A DNA stretch of 64,000 nucleotides from contig CAISZI010000058.1 of NCBI GenBank assembly GCA_903889905.1, forward strand, positions 6,160 through 70,159, read 5' to 3'. The notes under the pieces were generated by a model, which was not told the DNA's origin, did no database searches, and saw only the letters and a program-made list of their open reading frames with translations. Position numbers and translations under genes: made by a program. Shown here in pieces: positions 49,089-59,083 of the stretch (position 1 is the first letter of the stretch; each line of letters opens with the position of its first letter). The DNA is from Candidatus Wirthbacteria bacterium. Lineage in GTDB: Bacteria > Patescibacteriota > CG2-30-54-11.

Positions 49089-50183
49089 TTATCTGAATTT
49101 CAATTCTGCGTCCTGAATGAGTGGCTGCACTCGAGGAAAACGGTCGATCACTTCCTGCACCTGCGCCAGTTTTCCCAAGCCTGTCTGTGCGCCAAATTCC
49201 TGCACCACACGTGAGGCATTGGCATTGGCCATTTTGAGCGCATCAACCACATTTTTATTCATGATCTGGGCAGCGACAAAAGTAGCAGCAAAGGCATCGC
49301 CCGCACCCAAGGTGTCTACCGTGTTGGAAGGATACGGCGGCATCCAGTAAAACTGCTTGCCATCATAAACCTGGGAACCTTTGAGACCTTCGGTAATGAC
49401 CACGGTTTTGGGGCCATGTTCGGCGATCATTTTCATCAAATCGCGGACGTCGCTGATCCAGGGCTCACCTCTCAGCGTATCGGCAGCGGCAACATTATCC
49501 ACAAAGCGATGCTTAGCCTGTCGCCCGGTCAGGCGTTCCGCTTCACGATTGTTCATGATGATGATGTCAGTGATCTCGAGTAACGGGTGTAATCCACCCA
49601 GGCCTAATTTGAGCTGCGACGGTCCGGGATTGCAGGCGATGCGGATATTGTTTTGCTTGGCTGATTCAAACATACAGGCCATACTTTTATGGGTCTCATT
49701 GTTGATCGAAGGCAGATAAAACCATTTGGCGCGGTTTAAGTCAGTGGCCAGCTGCGGCGTAATACAAATCGCATCATTGGAACCGCGGAAGCTGAATACC
49801 GTACGGTCGCCTTCAAAGCTGTTGATGATCACCGACATGCCGGTTTTTTTGCCCGTGACACGTTGCATATAGTCAGTCCGTACACCTTCGGACTTAAGGT
49901 TCATCATGATGTGCCGGCCTTCTTCGTCCTGGCCGACACAACCGACAAACGCCGCCTGTAACCCAAGCCGGGCAAAAGCCACCGCGGTATTGTTGCCACC
50001 ACCACCGGGAAGATAAAGCATGTCGTCAAGGTAAACTTTTTTACCATATTCAAAAGCCAGATATTCCATGTCGTAATCGCGTTCGCGAATCGAAATAATA
50101 CGGCTGTCATCAGTACGGATAAACACATCCCACGCTGCCCCGCCAATGGTAATCACATCCAGATCAAACGTTTTGTTTTCCAT
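49089..50183 (-). CDS. PfkB-family carbohydrate kinase (ribokinase-like)
   Basis: N-terminal GG motif (VITIGGAAWD) and C-terminal anion-hole DTLGAGDAFAATFVAA (the PfkB signature). Confidence 0.7.
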   Translation of the reverse strand: MENKTFDLDVITIGGAAWDVFIRTDDSRIISIRERDYDMEYLAFEYGKKVYLDDMLYLPGGGGNNTAVAFARLGLQAAFVGCVGQDEEGRHIMMNLKSEGVRTDYMQRVTGKKTGMSVIINSFEGDRTVFSFRGSNDAICITPQLATDLNRAKWFYLPSINNETHKSMACMFESAKQNNIRIACNPGPSQLKLGLGGLHPLLEITDIIIMNNREAERLTGRQAKHRFVDNVAAADTLRGEPWISDVRDLMKMIAEHGPKTVVITEGLKGSQVYDGKQFYWMPPYPSNTVDTLGAGDAFAATFVAAQIMNKNVVDALKMANANASRVVQEFGAQTGLGKLAQVQEVIDRFPRVQPLIQDAELKFR

Positions 50184-50191
50184 AAAAACTC

Positions 50192-50536
50192 CTAATGGCT
50201 AACCGCTGCGGAGATCCAATCGAGATAGTCTTGCTTGCCGACCGCAATTTCCCAGGCAATGATATCCGGCAGCGCATACGGGTGCATAGCCACGATGGCT
50301 TGTTCCACGTTGGTAAAGAGACGCGCTTCGGTTTTGGCCAACACCAGATATTCACGAGCGCATTGCACTTTCTCCTCCCACCAGTAAAAAGAAGTGAGCC
50401 GCGGGATCACCTGCGCGCACGCAACCAGTTTCTGGCGCACCAGTTGTTTGGCAATGTGTTTGGCTACCTTGCTCGAATCCACCGCCGTTTGCACGACAAT
50501 GTATTGGCTTGATTTCACTGTTTTTATTTCTGGCAT
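50192..50536 (-). CDS. cutA: Divalent-cation tolerance protein CutA
   Basis: 114 aa. KLVACAQV...SFYWWEEKV...E..L..KT family pattern for CutA1. Confidence 0.75.
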   Translation of the reverse strand: MPEIKTVKSSQYIVVQTAVDSSKVAKHIAKQLVRQKLVACAQVIPRLTSFYWWEEKVQCAREYLVLAKTEARLFTNVEQAIVAMHPYALPDIIAWEIAVGKQDYLDWISAAVSH

Positions 50537-50549
50537 GTTTAGGGTTGAC

Positions 50550-51164
50550 CTATTCTTCGACTTTAAGCCAAGTCATCACTGGTAATTCAGGGATATCGCG
50601 ATTGGTCAATTTGAGTTGATCCACTTCCTGCTGATTTGCCATACCGACCAGTTTACCAAAGGCTTCGTGGTCAATGGTTCCTTCCAACGGAAGCAAAGGT
50701 AAGAGTACTTTGGGTTTGAGTTTGCGGATCCAGTCAGCGGTGCATTTCTGCCTGTCGGCATCCATTGAGATTTGCACACTCAGCACATCCACAGGCAGAA
50801 TTTGCTCCAGCAGTTCTTCCTCAATGGCGCAGTCGACTGGCCCGAGGTGACCCACCACGATTTCATCCATGTTGAGCGTATAAAACGTCGTGTGCCGCGA
50901 AGCAGCTTCGGTAACCGGAGTAACCAGGTCAAAGCCATGGATAAAGGTACCACTCACCTCATACTCGCCGGGATGGGCAAAATACCTGCCCGTCTGATTG
51001 TCCATGGCCTGCAGCAACGAGGCATCATTTTGCTGGCTGACCAGGATGACATCAGCTTCCCAGCCTTTTTTGGACTTCTTCCCACTCAAATATGGATCCA
51101 GCACAATGTTCACGCTGCGATTTTTGAGGCGCAGGGCTCCCCCGCCCAAATTTTGAATTTGCAT
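50550..51164 (-). CDS. MBL-fold metallo-hydrolase-like protein
   Basis: 204 aa. Beta-lactamase-fold-like layout without a fully canonical HxHxDH. Assignment is tentative. Confidence 0.45.
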   Translation of the reverse strand: MQIQNLGGGALRLKNRSVNIVLDPYLSGKKSKKGWEADVILVSQQNDASLLQAMDNQTGRYFAHPGEYEVSGTFIHGFDLVTPVTEAASRHTTFYTLNMDEIVVGHLGPVDCAIEEELLEQILPVDVLSVQISMDADRQKCTADWIRKLKPKVLLPLLPLEGTIDHEAFGKLVGMANQQEVDQLKLTNRDIPELPVMTWLKVEE

Positions 51165-51320
51165 CTTGACCTTTGCTAATGCATAAAAACACTCACCGCA
51201 AATTTACCCAAAACCGCTCCTAAACACAAGCGCTAACATAAACAACCGTTTCCTTGCGAGCACAAACCGCTATCCCAAGCCAAAGTCTGGCCAATTGAAT
51301 TCCCCTTCACTACTTTAGCT

Positions 51321-51349
51321 TTGACGCTGCCAAAAATCACTGTTATAAT
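51321..51349 (+). promoter_or_regulatory. Near-consensus sigma70 promoter (TTGACG-17 nt-TATAAT) for the ORF at 51399
   Basis: TTGACG at 51321-51326, 17-nt spacer, TATAAT at 51344-51349. RBS aaaggaaatag precedes the ATG at 51399. Confidence 0.5.
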
Positions 51350-51398
51350 TAAACATCACACCGCAACCAAAACAAAAATCACAACCCAAAGGAAATAG

Positions 51399-51782
51399 AT
51401 GCACGTTGCCAAAACACTTCGGGACATCAGGATCAGCGCCCCTAATCGACAGACTGCCGCGTCTCAAAAACTGCATTACACGAGCTTTGTGATTAATGAA
51501 ATCAAATCACCGCAGGATATTAAAATCGACCGTCAACTGCAGGCAATCTTTAACCGCCTGAACCAGAGCTATTCCACCTCCATCAATACGCCACACACAG
51601 CCTTCCTCAAACAGCAGATTGATGACTTTTTGCACCTCAGCCAGACGGTTTTCCTCTATACCAAGCCCGAAGGTGAAGCCAAAACGCGCCTCAAACACCC
51701 ATACGAAGACGAAGCGACCTTTGCCCTCTCACCCGAGGATGTCAAAGTGTCCATTCCGATCAACATTACACCGCACTCATGA
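51399..51782 (+). CDS. Hypothetical protein (127 aa)
   Basis: Only plus-strand ORF within a 31-kb run of minus-strand genes. Has its own strong promoter and RBS. No motif recognised. Confidence 0.4.
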   Translation: MHVAKTLRDIRISAPNRQTAASQKLHYTSFVINEIKSPQDIKIDRQLQAIFNRLNQSYSTSINTPHTAFLKQQIDDFLHLSQTVFLYTKPEGEAKTRLKHPYEDEATFALSPEDVKVSIPINITPHS

Positions 51783-51814
51783 ATCATCAAAAAAGTCTCC
51801 CTGAGGAGACTTTT

Positions 51815-52873
51815 TTAGTCGGTTTCAAATCGCAGGATTGGTTTGAGTGGCTGGCGCTCTGGCCGGTCATAGGCTGTTTCTCTAACTGGCATCTGCTCGA
51901 TCTGCTTGATCGTGACGGGTGCCGGGGTGATATTGGTACCACCTAAGGCAAGGGGTTTGTTGATGGGGACGGTTTTGCTTTGCGGCGGCGCAAAGCCCAA
52001 GGCTTCAATCTGAATCACTTTGTGTGGGGAAACGATGTTGTTGCTGACTTCCTTGATGCGGATATGCCGCGTGGCTGGGCTGTTGGATGAGGTATAAGCA
52101 GGCATGTGCAGAGCTGATTTACCTGCCATCTGGCCAAGAACGGAACCAATCGACGCAAATGGAGTACGAATGTCCACTCGCTCCGGACGTCGCGATTTGT
52201 CAATTTTGAGTACGCGGCGGGCGCGTTCGGCTGGAGATTCTGAGGCCGGTGGTTCCTGATAATCAATGAAAGGTATCATTTCCTCGGCCAGGACATCTTC
52301 GGACACAGGCAAATGAAACGCTTTGTGTTCGGGAACAGGCATAATTTTGGGCGCAAATACCGCTTTGGGAATTGCGGGAGTGTCCACGCGGACGGCTAAT
52401 GGCATAACAGGTTGTGTGGCCAGAACGTCAAGCAACGGTTCATCAAAAGCAATGCCAGAATCCGGGGTAAAAGTTGCCGTCCCCTCCATCACAGAGGTGT
52501 CTGTATCAGCCACTGCCGGTGCATCCATTGTTGTGAGTTCTGACATCTCCGCTCCACACACCGAACAAAAACGGCTACCGGGTTCATTGGCAGACTGGCA
52601 ATACGAACAACGCAAAATATCAGTCAGCCTGACAGGAGCAGTCGAAAAAACCGCTGGCTCGCTCAACTGCGGAGCGCTCTCCCCCTGCTTGGGTGTCTCA
52701 GATTGAAAAAACGGACGACAAAGTTCACTCAGTTCGACATCCGCAATCTGTCCGCCCTCATACAATTCAAAAACACGATCCGCAATCGCGTCTTTCAGTT
52801 CACCAAATGATATCCGCTCAGCTGCGGGAATGTTGATGTCTTTTTTGATGCCAAAAAACTTATTCAAAAACAT
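51815..52873 (-). CDS. Hypothetical protein with internal zinc-ribbon (CSYCQ...CSVCG)
   Basis: 352-aa ORF. Pro/Ala-rich. Single C4 zinc ribbon. Confidence 0.4.
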   Translation of the reverse strand: MFLNKFFGIKKDINIPAAERISFGELKDAIADRVFELYEGGQIADVELSELCRPFFQSETPKQGESAPQLSEPAVFSTAPVRLTDILRCSYCQSANEPGSRFCSVCGAEMSELTTMDAPAVADTDTSVMEGTATFTPDSGIAFDEPLLDVLATQPVMPLAVRVDTPAIPKAVFAPKIMPVPEHKAFHLPVSEDVLAEEMIPFIDYQEPPASESPAERARRVLKIDKSRRPERVDIRTPFASIGSVLGQMAGKSALHMPAYTSSNSPATRHIRIKEVSNNIVSPHKVIQIEALGFAPPQSKTVPINKPLALGGTNITPAPVTIKQIEQMPVRETAYDRPERQPLKPILRFETD

Positions 52874-53095
52874 GGTTTTGCTTCCATTTTTAAAACTCCT
52901 CCCATACCGTGTCAGGAAGACCCGTTGATCCCTAATATCTAGGTGGGAACCCGCACTACTCCGCCACGGCGGGGCAGGATATAAGGCAATCCCAAGATCA
53001 ATGGTGTTGGAAAAAACGAATTCCTAGATCACGCGTATAAAAGGAGCAGCGACACTATAGCACAGGGTAATTAGGCAGGCAATTACTTTCCCAGC

Positions 53096-53716
53096 CTAAA
53101 AACCCACGACAATTTTCCAAAACCAATTGAGGACAAAGTTGGCAATATACGGGAACACAAACAACGCAATCACATACATCACAATCATCTGACTTTGGAT
53201 GTTGCTGCGGGCCAGATTGAAGGCAGTTTTGGAAGGCAAAAAACCCATGGCAATTTTAAACCCATCGAGCGGGCCAAAGGGAAGCAAATTAAAAACCATC
53301 AAGCCTACATTAAGACTGACAAAAACCAAAGCCAAGTCTGGAAACAAAGAATTGGCCGGGAATAATCTAAAACGCAACAGCAGACCAAAAAAAATCGCCA
53401 ACAGGAAATTGGAGGCAGGCCCAGCCAGACTGACCCAGGCAACACCCCGACGCCCACCCTTGATTTGCGTGGGATTGATAGGGACCGGTTTACCCCAACC
53501 AAACCCAGTCAGCAGCAACAAAATCGATCCAACCGGATCCAGATGCGCAGCAGGATTAATGGTTAGTCGTCCCAGCATGCGTGGCGTTGGGTCGCCCAGA
53601 CGCGTTGCTACCAGGGCATGCGCAAATTCGTGGATACTGAGAGAAACAATCAGTGCCACTAAACCAAACACAAATTCAATCTGTGTTATGTTTCCCTGTA
53701 AAAACTGCAGCAGCAC
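53096..53716 (-). CDS. Site-2 protease family (M50) zinc metalloprotease
   Basis: HEFAHAL zinc-binding motif within a TM helix and LDPVGSI-type second motif. Polytopic. Confidence 0.7.
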   Translation of the reverse strand: MLLQFLQGNITQIEFVFGLVALIVSLSIHEFAHALVATRLGDPTPRMLGRLTINPAAHLDPVGSILLLLTGFGWGKPVPINPTQIKGGRRGVAWVSLAGPASNFLLAIFFGLLLRFRLFPANSLFPDLALVFVSLNVGLMVFNLLPFGPLDGFKIAMGFLPSKTAFNLARSNIQSQMIVMYVIALFVFPYIANFVLNWFWKIVVGF

Positions 53717-53737
53717 ATGTGCCTCGCCCTTAAGAAA

Positions 53738-53911
53738 CTAAAGGGATTTGAGGCAGGAGGTGCAGACTTTAATGCGTTGTTTGGTGCCGCCGATCATGAC
53801 GGTTTTGGACTGCAGGTTGGGCATGCAGACTTTCTTGGTTTTATGTTTGCTGTGGGGGACATTCAACCCGACTTGTTTGCCCTTGCCGCAGACATCACAG
53901 ACTCTCGACAT
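53738..53911 (-). CDS. rpmB: 50S ribosomal protein L28
   Basis: 57-aa translation [64 protein letters not shown] 7 nt upstream. Missed by the ORF track (<60 aa). Confidence 0.75.
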   Translation of the reverse strand: MSRVCDVCGKGKQVGLNVPHSKHKTKKVCMPNLQSKTVMIGGTKQRIKVCTSCLKSL

Positions 53912-53956
53912 CGGATGCTCCTAAATAACCAGTTTGATACAATTTGAGATATTACC

Positions 53957-55240
53957 CTAAAATCCAAATTTTTGCCAGAACGAATCTAACATTGACCGAA
54001 ATTCCCTGCCCCATTCCAGGTCCACCGGGGTCAGGAGTGAAGCATGTGAAGCAGGTTTGCGACCTCGCAGTTCGTTTTCCCACTGGTCGCGGATTGCCGC
54101 AATGGCGGGATGAATGCCAAATTGAACGACCGTTTCGACAACTTCACCTGTGCCATCAACTCCAGGTTTGACAATATCGAGCTGGCCGATCGGAGCCACG
54201 CGGGCGGCATTCCCCGCATAAGCCAAGCCTACCACTTTACCGGCGCGCAAATCAGCCAGGGTGATGTCCGCTTCCAGGGTTTTGAGGCCCAAGGCCGGAG
54301 CAAGATGATCGATCAAATACTGCAACACGGTTCCACCCAGACGATTGACACGCATGGGTGGGTAAACCAGTGTTTCACCATCGCTGAGAATGCCAAAGAT
54401 TTCCTCACCAGGCCCGTCAGCCAAGACGCCATCACGGATCAAATCATCAAAATCTGACAGTCCGTAAACCACTTCCCCATCGCGGATGCCATAAGGAGCG
54501 AGATAAACCAATTCGTCATAATGTAATTGGTGCGCCACGTTGCCATCAAACGCTGCATTGCCATAGTTGGAGGCATGCTTGCCACGTACTGCAAACATGC
54601 GTTGCACACCGGTAATGGCACAGCGGGCGCCACTGCCAGAATAAACGCGGTCGACGTCCGGCAGGTAATGTCCCCAGCGAAAGATGATCGTGCTGGCTTC
54701 GACACGGTGCCCGGCGCTGTGTGCTACCCCCCATTTACCGACACCAGGGCCGGCAGCAGGACGGATATAGGCACGCGTTGCCGAGCCATCATCAGCCGTG
54801 ACAACATCAAGGCCGTGTAAAGCCGTGATGTCCAAAATCGCCTGGCCAAACTGTTCCAGCGGCACAGGCAGGTCAAAGTTGCGCGCCTGCATGGAACGAC
54901 GGAACCGTTTGAGACGAGGCTCCTGCAGGACGACGTTAACACCCGTTATTTTGCCATTGCCATCAACAGTGGGTTCGGCACTGCTGCCTTCAAAAATGCC
55001 AGTCGCGTAATCGCCACGATGCTGCTGGTTGGGTGCCATATTGAGCAGTGACGTGGGTGGACAAACCACCATCTGCGCCGGGTCCAAAGGATTGAGACGC
55101 GCCACATAACGGGCACGATCCCAGCCGGTGGTAATGATTTGACGAAACGTCTGCTGAACTTGACTGGTTGTCTCACTCCAGCTGTTCAAACCATTTAAGT
55201 ATTGCGCACGCCAATCTTGCAGTTGCGTTGGATCAGACAT
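53957..55240 (-). CDS. Class IV aminotransferase, branched-chain amino acid aminotransferase-like
   Basis: AYIRPAAGPGVGKWGV (IRP...G.G), KHASNYGNAAFDGNVAHQLHYDELVYLAPYGIRDG (K.GNY...E-GfDE..fLd) and AYAGNAARVAPIG (GTAA.V.PI) match IlvE/DAAT-fold motifs. About 100-aa N-terminal extension. Confidence 0.55.
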   Translation of the reverse strand: MSDPTQLQDWRAQYLNGLNSWSETTSQVQQTFRQIITTGWDRARYVARLNPLDPAQMVVCPPTSLLNMAPNQQHRGDYATGIFEGSSAEPTVDGNGKITGVNVVLQEPRLKRFRRSMQARNFDLPVPLEQFGQAILDITALHGLDVVTADDGSATRAYIRPAAGPGVGKWGVAHSAGHRVEASTIIFRWGHYLPDVDRVYSGSGARCAITGVQRMFAVRGKHASNYGNAAFDGNVAHQLHYDELVYLAPYGIRDGEVVYGLSDFDDLIRDGVLADGPGEEIFGILSDGETLVYPPMRVNRLGGTVLQYLIDHLAPALGLKTLEADITLADLRAGKVVGLAYAGNAARVAPIGQLDIVKPGVDGTGEVVETVVQFGIHPAIAAIRDQWENELRGRKPASHASLLTPVDLEWGREFRSMLDSFWQKFGF

Positions 55241-55292
55241 GGAATCTCCTCATAATTTGACCGCTTCAGTCTAGGGACAATACTTACACTCG

Positions 55293-56036
55293 TCAAGGAA
55301 TTTGTCGTTTAACCAACCTGACGGCAAGCAGACGCGGGATATGGTTAACCTGTTGATAACCGGGCATTTGCTGCAGCAGAGCATCAGGATAACTTGGTTC
55401 GCGCAGTTCCTGCAATTGAAAACCCGCGGCACCAAAACTGGTCAGATAATCAGCCAACGTCCGGTGGTAAATGGTTTCCGTGGCTTGTCCACGCATAATC
55501 TTCTGTTGGATGGCTACCCGATCAAAGTAGCTCGCTGTCGCGACAAATGGGCCTGTCGAACTCGCTTCACCGGGGCGATGGAAGTACGCTTCATAAAACG
55601 GATGCTGCCAAGCCAACACGGCAGTACCATCAGGCTTGAGCACACGGGCAAACTCACGCAGACAACTATCCAAGGAGGGTAAATATTGCAGTACAAGACT
55701 CGACAAAATCCGATCAAAACTGCTGTCAGCGAAAGGAAGAGATAGCGACAAGTCGGCCTGCACAAAACGAATGTGGCCGGGATTGACTTGAGCGGCAGCA
55801 ATGCCAATTAAGGTAGCGCTGGCATCCATTGCTACGACCTGTTTGGCTGTCAAAGCCAGTCGCCTGCTCCAATAGCCATTGCCGCAGCCAGCATCAAGCA
55901 GCGCTAAGCCCTGATAATCACCCAGCAGTTCCTGTAAACAGGGATCCACCACAAACTGCCGCAACGCGTCGCCGCTTTCGCCCTCAAAATCGTGGTAAAG
56001 CTGAGCGATTGCGTCCCAGGGATTGACCGTTTCCAT
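55293..56036 (-). CDS. Class I SAM-dependent methyltransferase
   Basis: Motif I LDAGCGNGYWS, post-I acidic D (VVAMDAS), motif LKPDG. Start trimmed to METVNPWD. Confidence 0.7.
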   Translation of the reverse strand: METVNPWDAIAQLYHDFEGESGDALRQFVVDPCLQELLGDYQGLALLDAGCGNGYWSRRLALTAKQVVAMDASATLIGIAAAQVNPGHIRFVQADLSLSLPFADSSFDRILSSLVLQYLPSLDSCLREFARVLKPDGTAVLAWQHPFYEAYFHRPGEASSTGPFVATASYFDRVAIQQKIMRGQATETIYHRTLADYLTSFGAAGFQLQELREPSYPDALLQQMPGYQQVNHIPRLLAVRLVKRQIP

Positions 56037-56056
56037 TTGATGAATCCTGATAAAGA

Positions 56057-56617
56057 TCACCCGACTTTGACAAAAAAATACAGCTCGGTATCGCCATACT
56101 GTTTGCGTTCCCACAGTGTGAGGTTGGCATAGACGGGTTGCTCGACACGCATAAACTTGTCCTTTTCGGCTACCAGCGTGGCATTGGTCGCAAGCAGTGG
56201 CACGAACAGCGGCAAAAAATCCCAGTCAAAATTCCGATAGGGCGGTGTATAAAAAGCCAGTTGATAGTCAGGCGCACCTTTGGCAACCAATTCTGACTCG
56301 CGCCGCACAAATTTTCCGGCATCTTCACTATAAATTTTGGCGCGCTCGATTAATCCGAGTAAGCCAAGATTTTGGCGGATCAAAGCCGTTGCCCGCGAAC
56401 TCAAATCGACAAAGCTGGCGTGACTCGCACCACGGCTGAGCGCTTCAATGCCGACCGCACCCGTACCGGCAAAGCAGTCCAGAACCTTCGCCCCTTCGAC
56501 TTCAGCTCCGAGTATGTCAAACGTCGCGCCACGGGCCTTGTCAGTCATCGGACGCGTGCCTTCGAAATCGGGGGTTTTGAGCTGCCGGCCTTTGAATTCA
56601 CCACTGATGATACGCAT
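56057..56617 (-). CDS. rsmD: 16S rRNA (guanine966-N2)-methyltransferase
   Basis: RIISGEFKGRQL, TRPMTDKARGATFDIL, LDCFAGTGAVGIEALSRGA, and the PPY (DPPY-like) catalytic motif. Confidence 0.8.
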   Translation of the reverse strand: MRIISGEFKGRQLKTPDFEGTRPMTDKARGATFDILGAEVEGAKVLDCFAGTGAVGIEALSRGASHASFVDLSSRATALIRQNLGLLGLIERAKIYSEDAGKFVRRESELVAKGAPDYQLAFYTPPYRNFDWDFLPLFVPLLATNATLVAEKDKFMRVEQPVYANLTLWERKQYGDTELYFFVKVG

Positions 56618-56677
56618 GTCCTGTTTCCCTCAAAACGTCGGGGCTCCCCGCGAGGTCAAAATCAATTCACTGGCTGA

Positions 56678-57976
56678 TTACGGTAGATACAACATCGGAT
56701 CAACCAGCGTATAACTGCTGGCTGTCACTTCACGAATCTCAAAATGCAAGTGCGGTCCGGTACAGAAGCCGGAACAACCCATCAGTCCGATTTGCTGCCC
56801 CTGCGCCACATGCTGCCCCATGCTGACACTGATTTCACTCATATGCCCATAAACCGTGACCGCGCCGTCGCCATGGTCGATCATGGCCATGTTGCCATAG
56901 CTGTATTTGCCATAATGCTGGATATTGACCACCGTGCCGGATTTTGGCGCCAGAATCGGAGTGCCGATGCTATTGGCAATATCAATACCAGTATGATAGC
57001 GGTTGTTACCAATTTTCAAAAAAGGATAGGCATTGATCATCCAGTCGGGATAGCTTTGCCAGAAACGCATGGTGATTGTGCCTTTGGTGGGCCAGATGTA
57101 GCCTTTGCGACTGGGGGTGACAGAAGTTGAGGGTGTTTTGCCTGCAGCAATCTGGGCTTGTCGGGCAGCTTCCTGTTTGGCACGGATATCAGCGGCAATT
57201 TTGTCCATGGTGGCATTGATCTGGGCCTGGTCGGATTGCTCGGCCTGAAGGTTGTCCTGCAGCAAGGATTGGTATTTATTTTCCAGTCCCTGAGTTTCGG
57301 CCAGCATGCTTTGTTTGGTGTTTTTCTGGAATTGCAGCTGGAATTCTTTTTGCTGGATATCGGCCTGTAGTTGTTCGACGTTCTTTTTCTTGTCTTCGAG
57401 GGCGGTTTTCTGGTCAAGCAATGTCTGCTTCAGTGTCTGGATGCTGGTCAGGATTTCCTGGTTCTGGTCGTCCACAATCTGGTTGTATTCCAGACGTTTA
57501 ACCATGTCTGACATGCTCTGTGTCTCGGCAATGACGTCAAAGAAACTGGTCTGGCTCATGATATAGGATTCGTTGATGTTGTCTTTGAACATCAGCACCT
57601 GTGCATCGAGTTTGGTCTGGGTGTCGGCAATCTGTTTGGTGACGTCAGCGATGTCGCTATTGACCTGGTCGAGTTGAACCTGCGCCAGATTCATTTCCTG
57701 CTGCGTGTCCGTCATTTCGGCATCGAGCAGATTGGCCTGGTCCTTAAGCGTCTTGGCCTGTGACTGCAACTGCTTGATTTTGAGCTTTTGGTCAGCAATC
57801 TGACTTTGCAGCAGCAGGATTTCTTTTTTCTTGTTGTTGATCGTCTGGTTACTGTTGATCGCATCCGTGATCTCATCCGCCTTGGCCGGACCCAAATTGG
57901 TCATCAAAGCGGTGGCAATGATGACGAGTCCCAGCAGACGCAAAAAGCTGAATTTGATTTTAGGTTTACGGATCAA
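56678..57976 (-). CDS. M23 family peptidoglycan endopeptidase with long N-terminal coiled-coil (EnvC-like)
   Basis: Signal/TM, about 250 aa heptad-like Q/L/K-rich coiled coil, C-terminal M23 domain (HTGIDIA...HGDGAVTVYGH...GCSGFCTGPHLHFEI). Confidence 0.8.
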   Translation of the reverse strand: MIRKPKIKFSFLRLLGLVIIATALMTNLGPAKADEITDAINSNQTINNKKKEILLLQSQIADQKLKIKQLQSQAKTLKDQANLLDAEMTDTQQEMNLAQVQLDQVNSDIADVTKQIADTQTKLDAQVLMFKDNINESYIMSQTSFFDVIAETQSMSDMVKRLEYNQIVDDQNQEILTSIQTLKQTLLDQKTALEDKKKNVEQLQADIQQKEFQLQFQKNTKQSMLAETQGLENKYQSLLQDNLQAEQSDQAQINATMDKIAADIRAKQEAARQAQIAAGKTPSTSVTPSRKGYIWPTKGTITMRFWQSYPDWMINAYPFLKIGNNRYHTGIDIANSIGTPILAPKSGTVVNIQHYGKYSYGNMAMIDHGDGAVTVYGHMSEISVSMGQHVAQGQQIGLMGCSGFCTGPHLHFEIREVTASSYTLVDPMLYLP

Positions 57977-58026
57977 AGTATCCCTTTTATCATGGTCAAC
58001 TCAAGTATAACACAGCCATATGGAGA

Positions 58027-58917
58027 CTACTTGCCGATGTGCTGGCGGATCGCCACCCAGGCACTGACGGCGCCCAGCGCGGCACCCAGTACGATTTGAT
58101 ACAATCCGGACCGGATCGCCGCAAACAGACCGAAGTCGGGTTTGGGAATTTTAAAGAGGTAGCTCAAATCGATCAGTTGCGTGGAAAAATGGGCAAAGAC
58201 AAAGTAAAGCACCACGGTGGACAAAATCGCCGCAATGGCGCCATCATAAACCGCTTCGATGATAAACGGCCCGCGCACAAACCAGTCTGTGGCCCCTACC
58301 AGCTGCATAATTTCAATTTCATGCCGGCGCGTATAAATCGCCAGCCGCACGGTGTTGAGCACGACCAGAAACGCGATGATGGCGAGGAAAACCAGCAGTG
58401 TCATGCCCACTTGTTGCAGCAGTTGTGTGCCGCGATTAATCGCATCCACGGTTTGTTTGGAGTATTTTATTTTCTTCACCAGCGGATTGTTTTCCACCGA
58501 ATGGGCGACGCTGTCGAGTGAGGCTGGCGTGCTGGTTTTGATATCCAGACTGGCACTAAAGGGGTTGCCGTAATCCTGCAACGTGGCTTTGGTGCCAGGC
58601 TTTTGCTGGTCGTAGATCTCAAGCGCCTGTTCCTTGGACGTGTAGGCCGTGTCTTTGACCAGAGCATTGTGCGTCAACGTATCGCGAAATTGCAGAATCT
58701 GGTCTTCGGGCGCGTCGGATTTGAAGAAGATGGTGAAATCCACTTTGTCGCCAATTGATTGGATGGCGCTATTAAAACTGGTCCCAAAGATGATAAACAC
58801 GTTCATCGTCAAAAAAACCAGAAACATGACCGAAATGGCCGTAATCGTCAGCCATCCGTTGCGCCACATGCTGGTGAGTGACATTTTGAGTACCCGCCAC
58901 AGACTCGTCCAAAGCAT
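58027..58917 (-). CDS. ftsX: Cell division permease-like protein FtsX
   Basis: One N-terminal TM, periplasmic domain, three C-terminal TMs. Immediately downstream of ftsE. Start choice (MLWTSLWRVLK) is uncertain by about 10 codons. Confidence 0.8.
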   Translation of the reverse strand: MLWTSLWRVLKMSLTSMWRNGWLTITAISVMFLVFLTMNVFIIFGTSFNSAIQSIGDKVDFTIFFKSDAPEDQILQFRDTLTHNALVKDTAYTSKEQALEIYDQQKPGTKATLQDYGNPFSASLDIKTSTPASLDSVAHSVENNPLVKKIKYSKQTVDAINRGTQLLQQVGMTLLVFLAIIAFLVVLNTVRLAIYTRRHEIEIMQLVGATDWFVRGPFIIEAVYDGAIAAILSTVVLYFVFAHFSTQLIDLSYLFKIPKPDFGLFAAIRSGLYQIVLGAALGAVSAWVAIRQHIGK

Positions 58918-59083
58918 AGTATTCCTCAAGTGAATTGCAATTAGGTTGTCATGCTGAACGGAGAGAAGCATCCTTACTACTACCCACACAAACCTGTTAA
59001 CCCACCAACCATTTCATCTGTAGTAAGGATTCTTCGGCTTCTGCCTCAGAATGACGGATCGGGCGATGCGTCAGTCGCCCCTA

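Noticed and set aside
52874-53095. 222-bp intergenic region as ncRNA candidate
   Set aside because: No conserved RNA motif or strong secondary structure recognised. Probably the promoter or leader of the zinc-ribbon protein gene.
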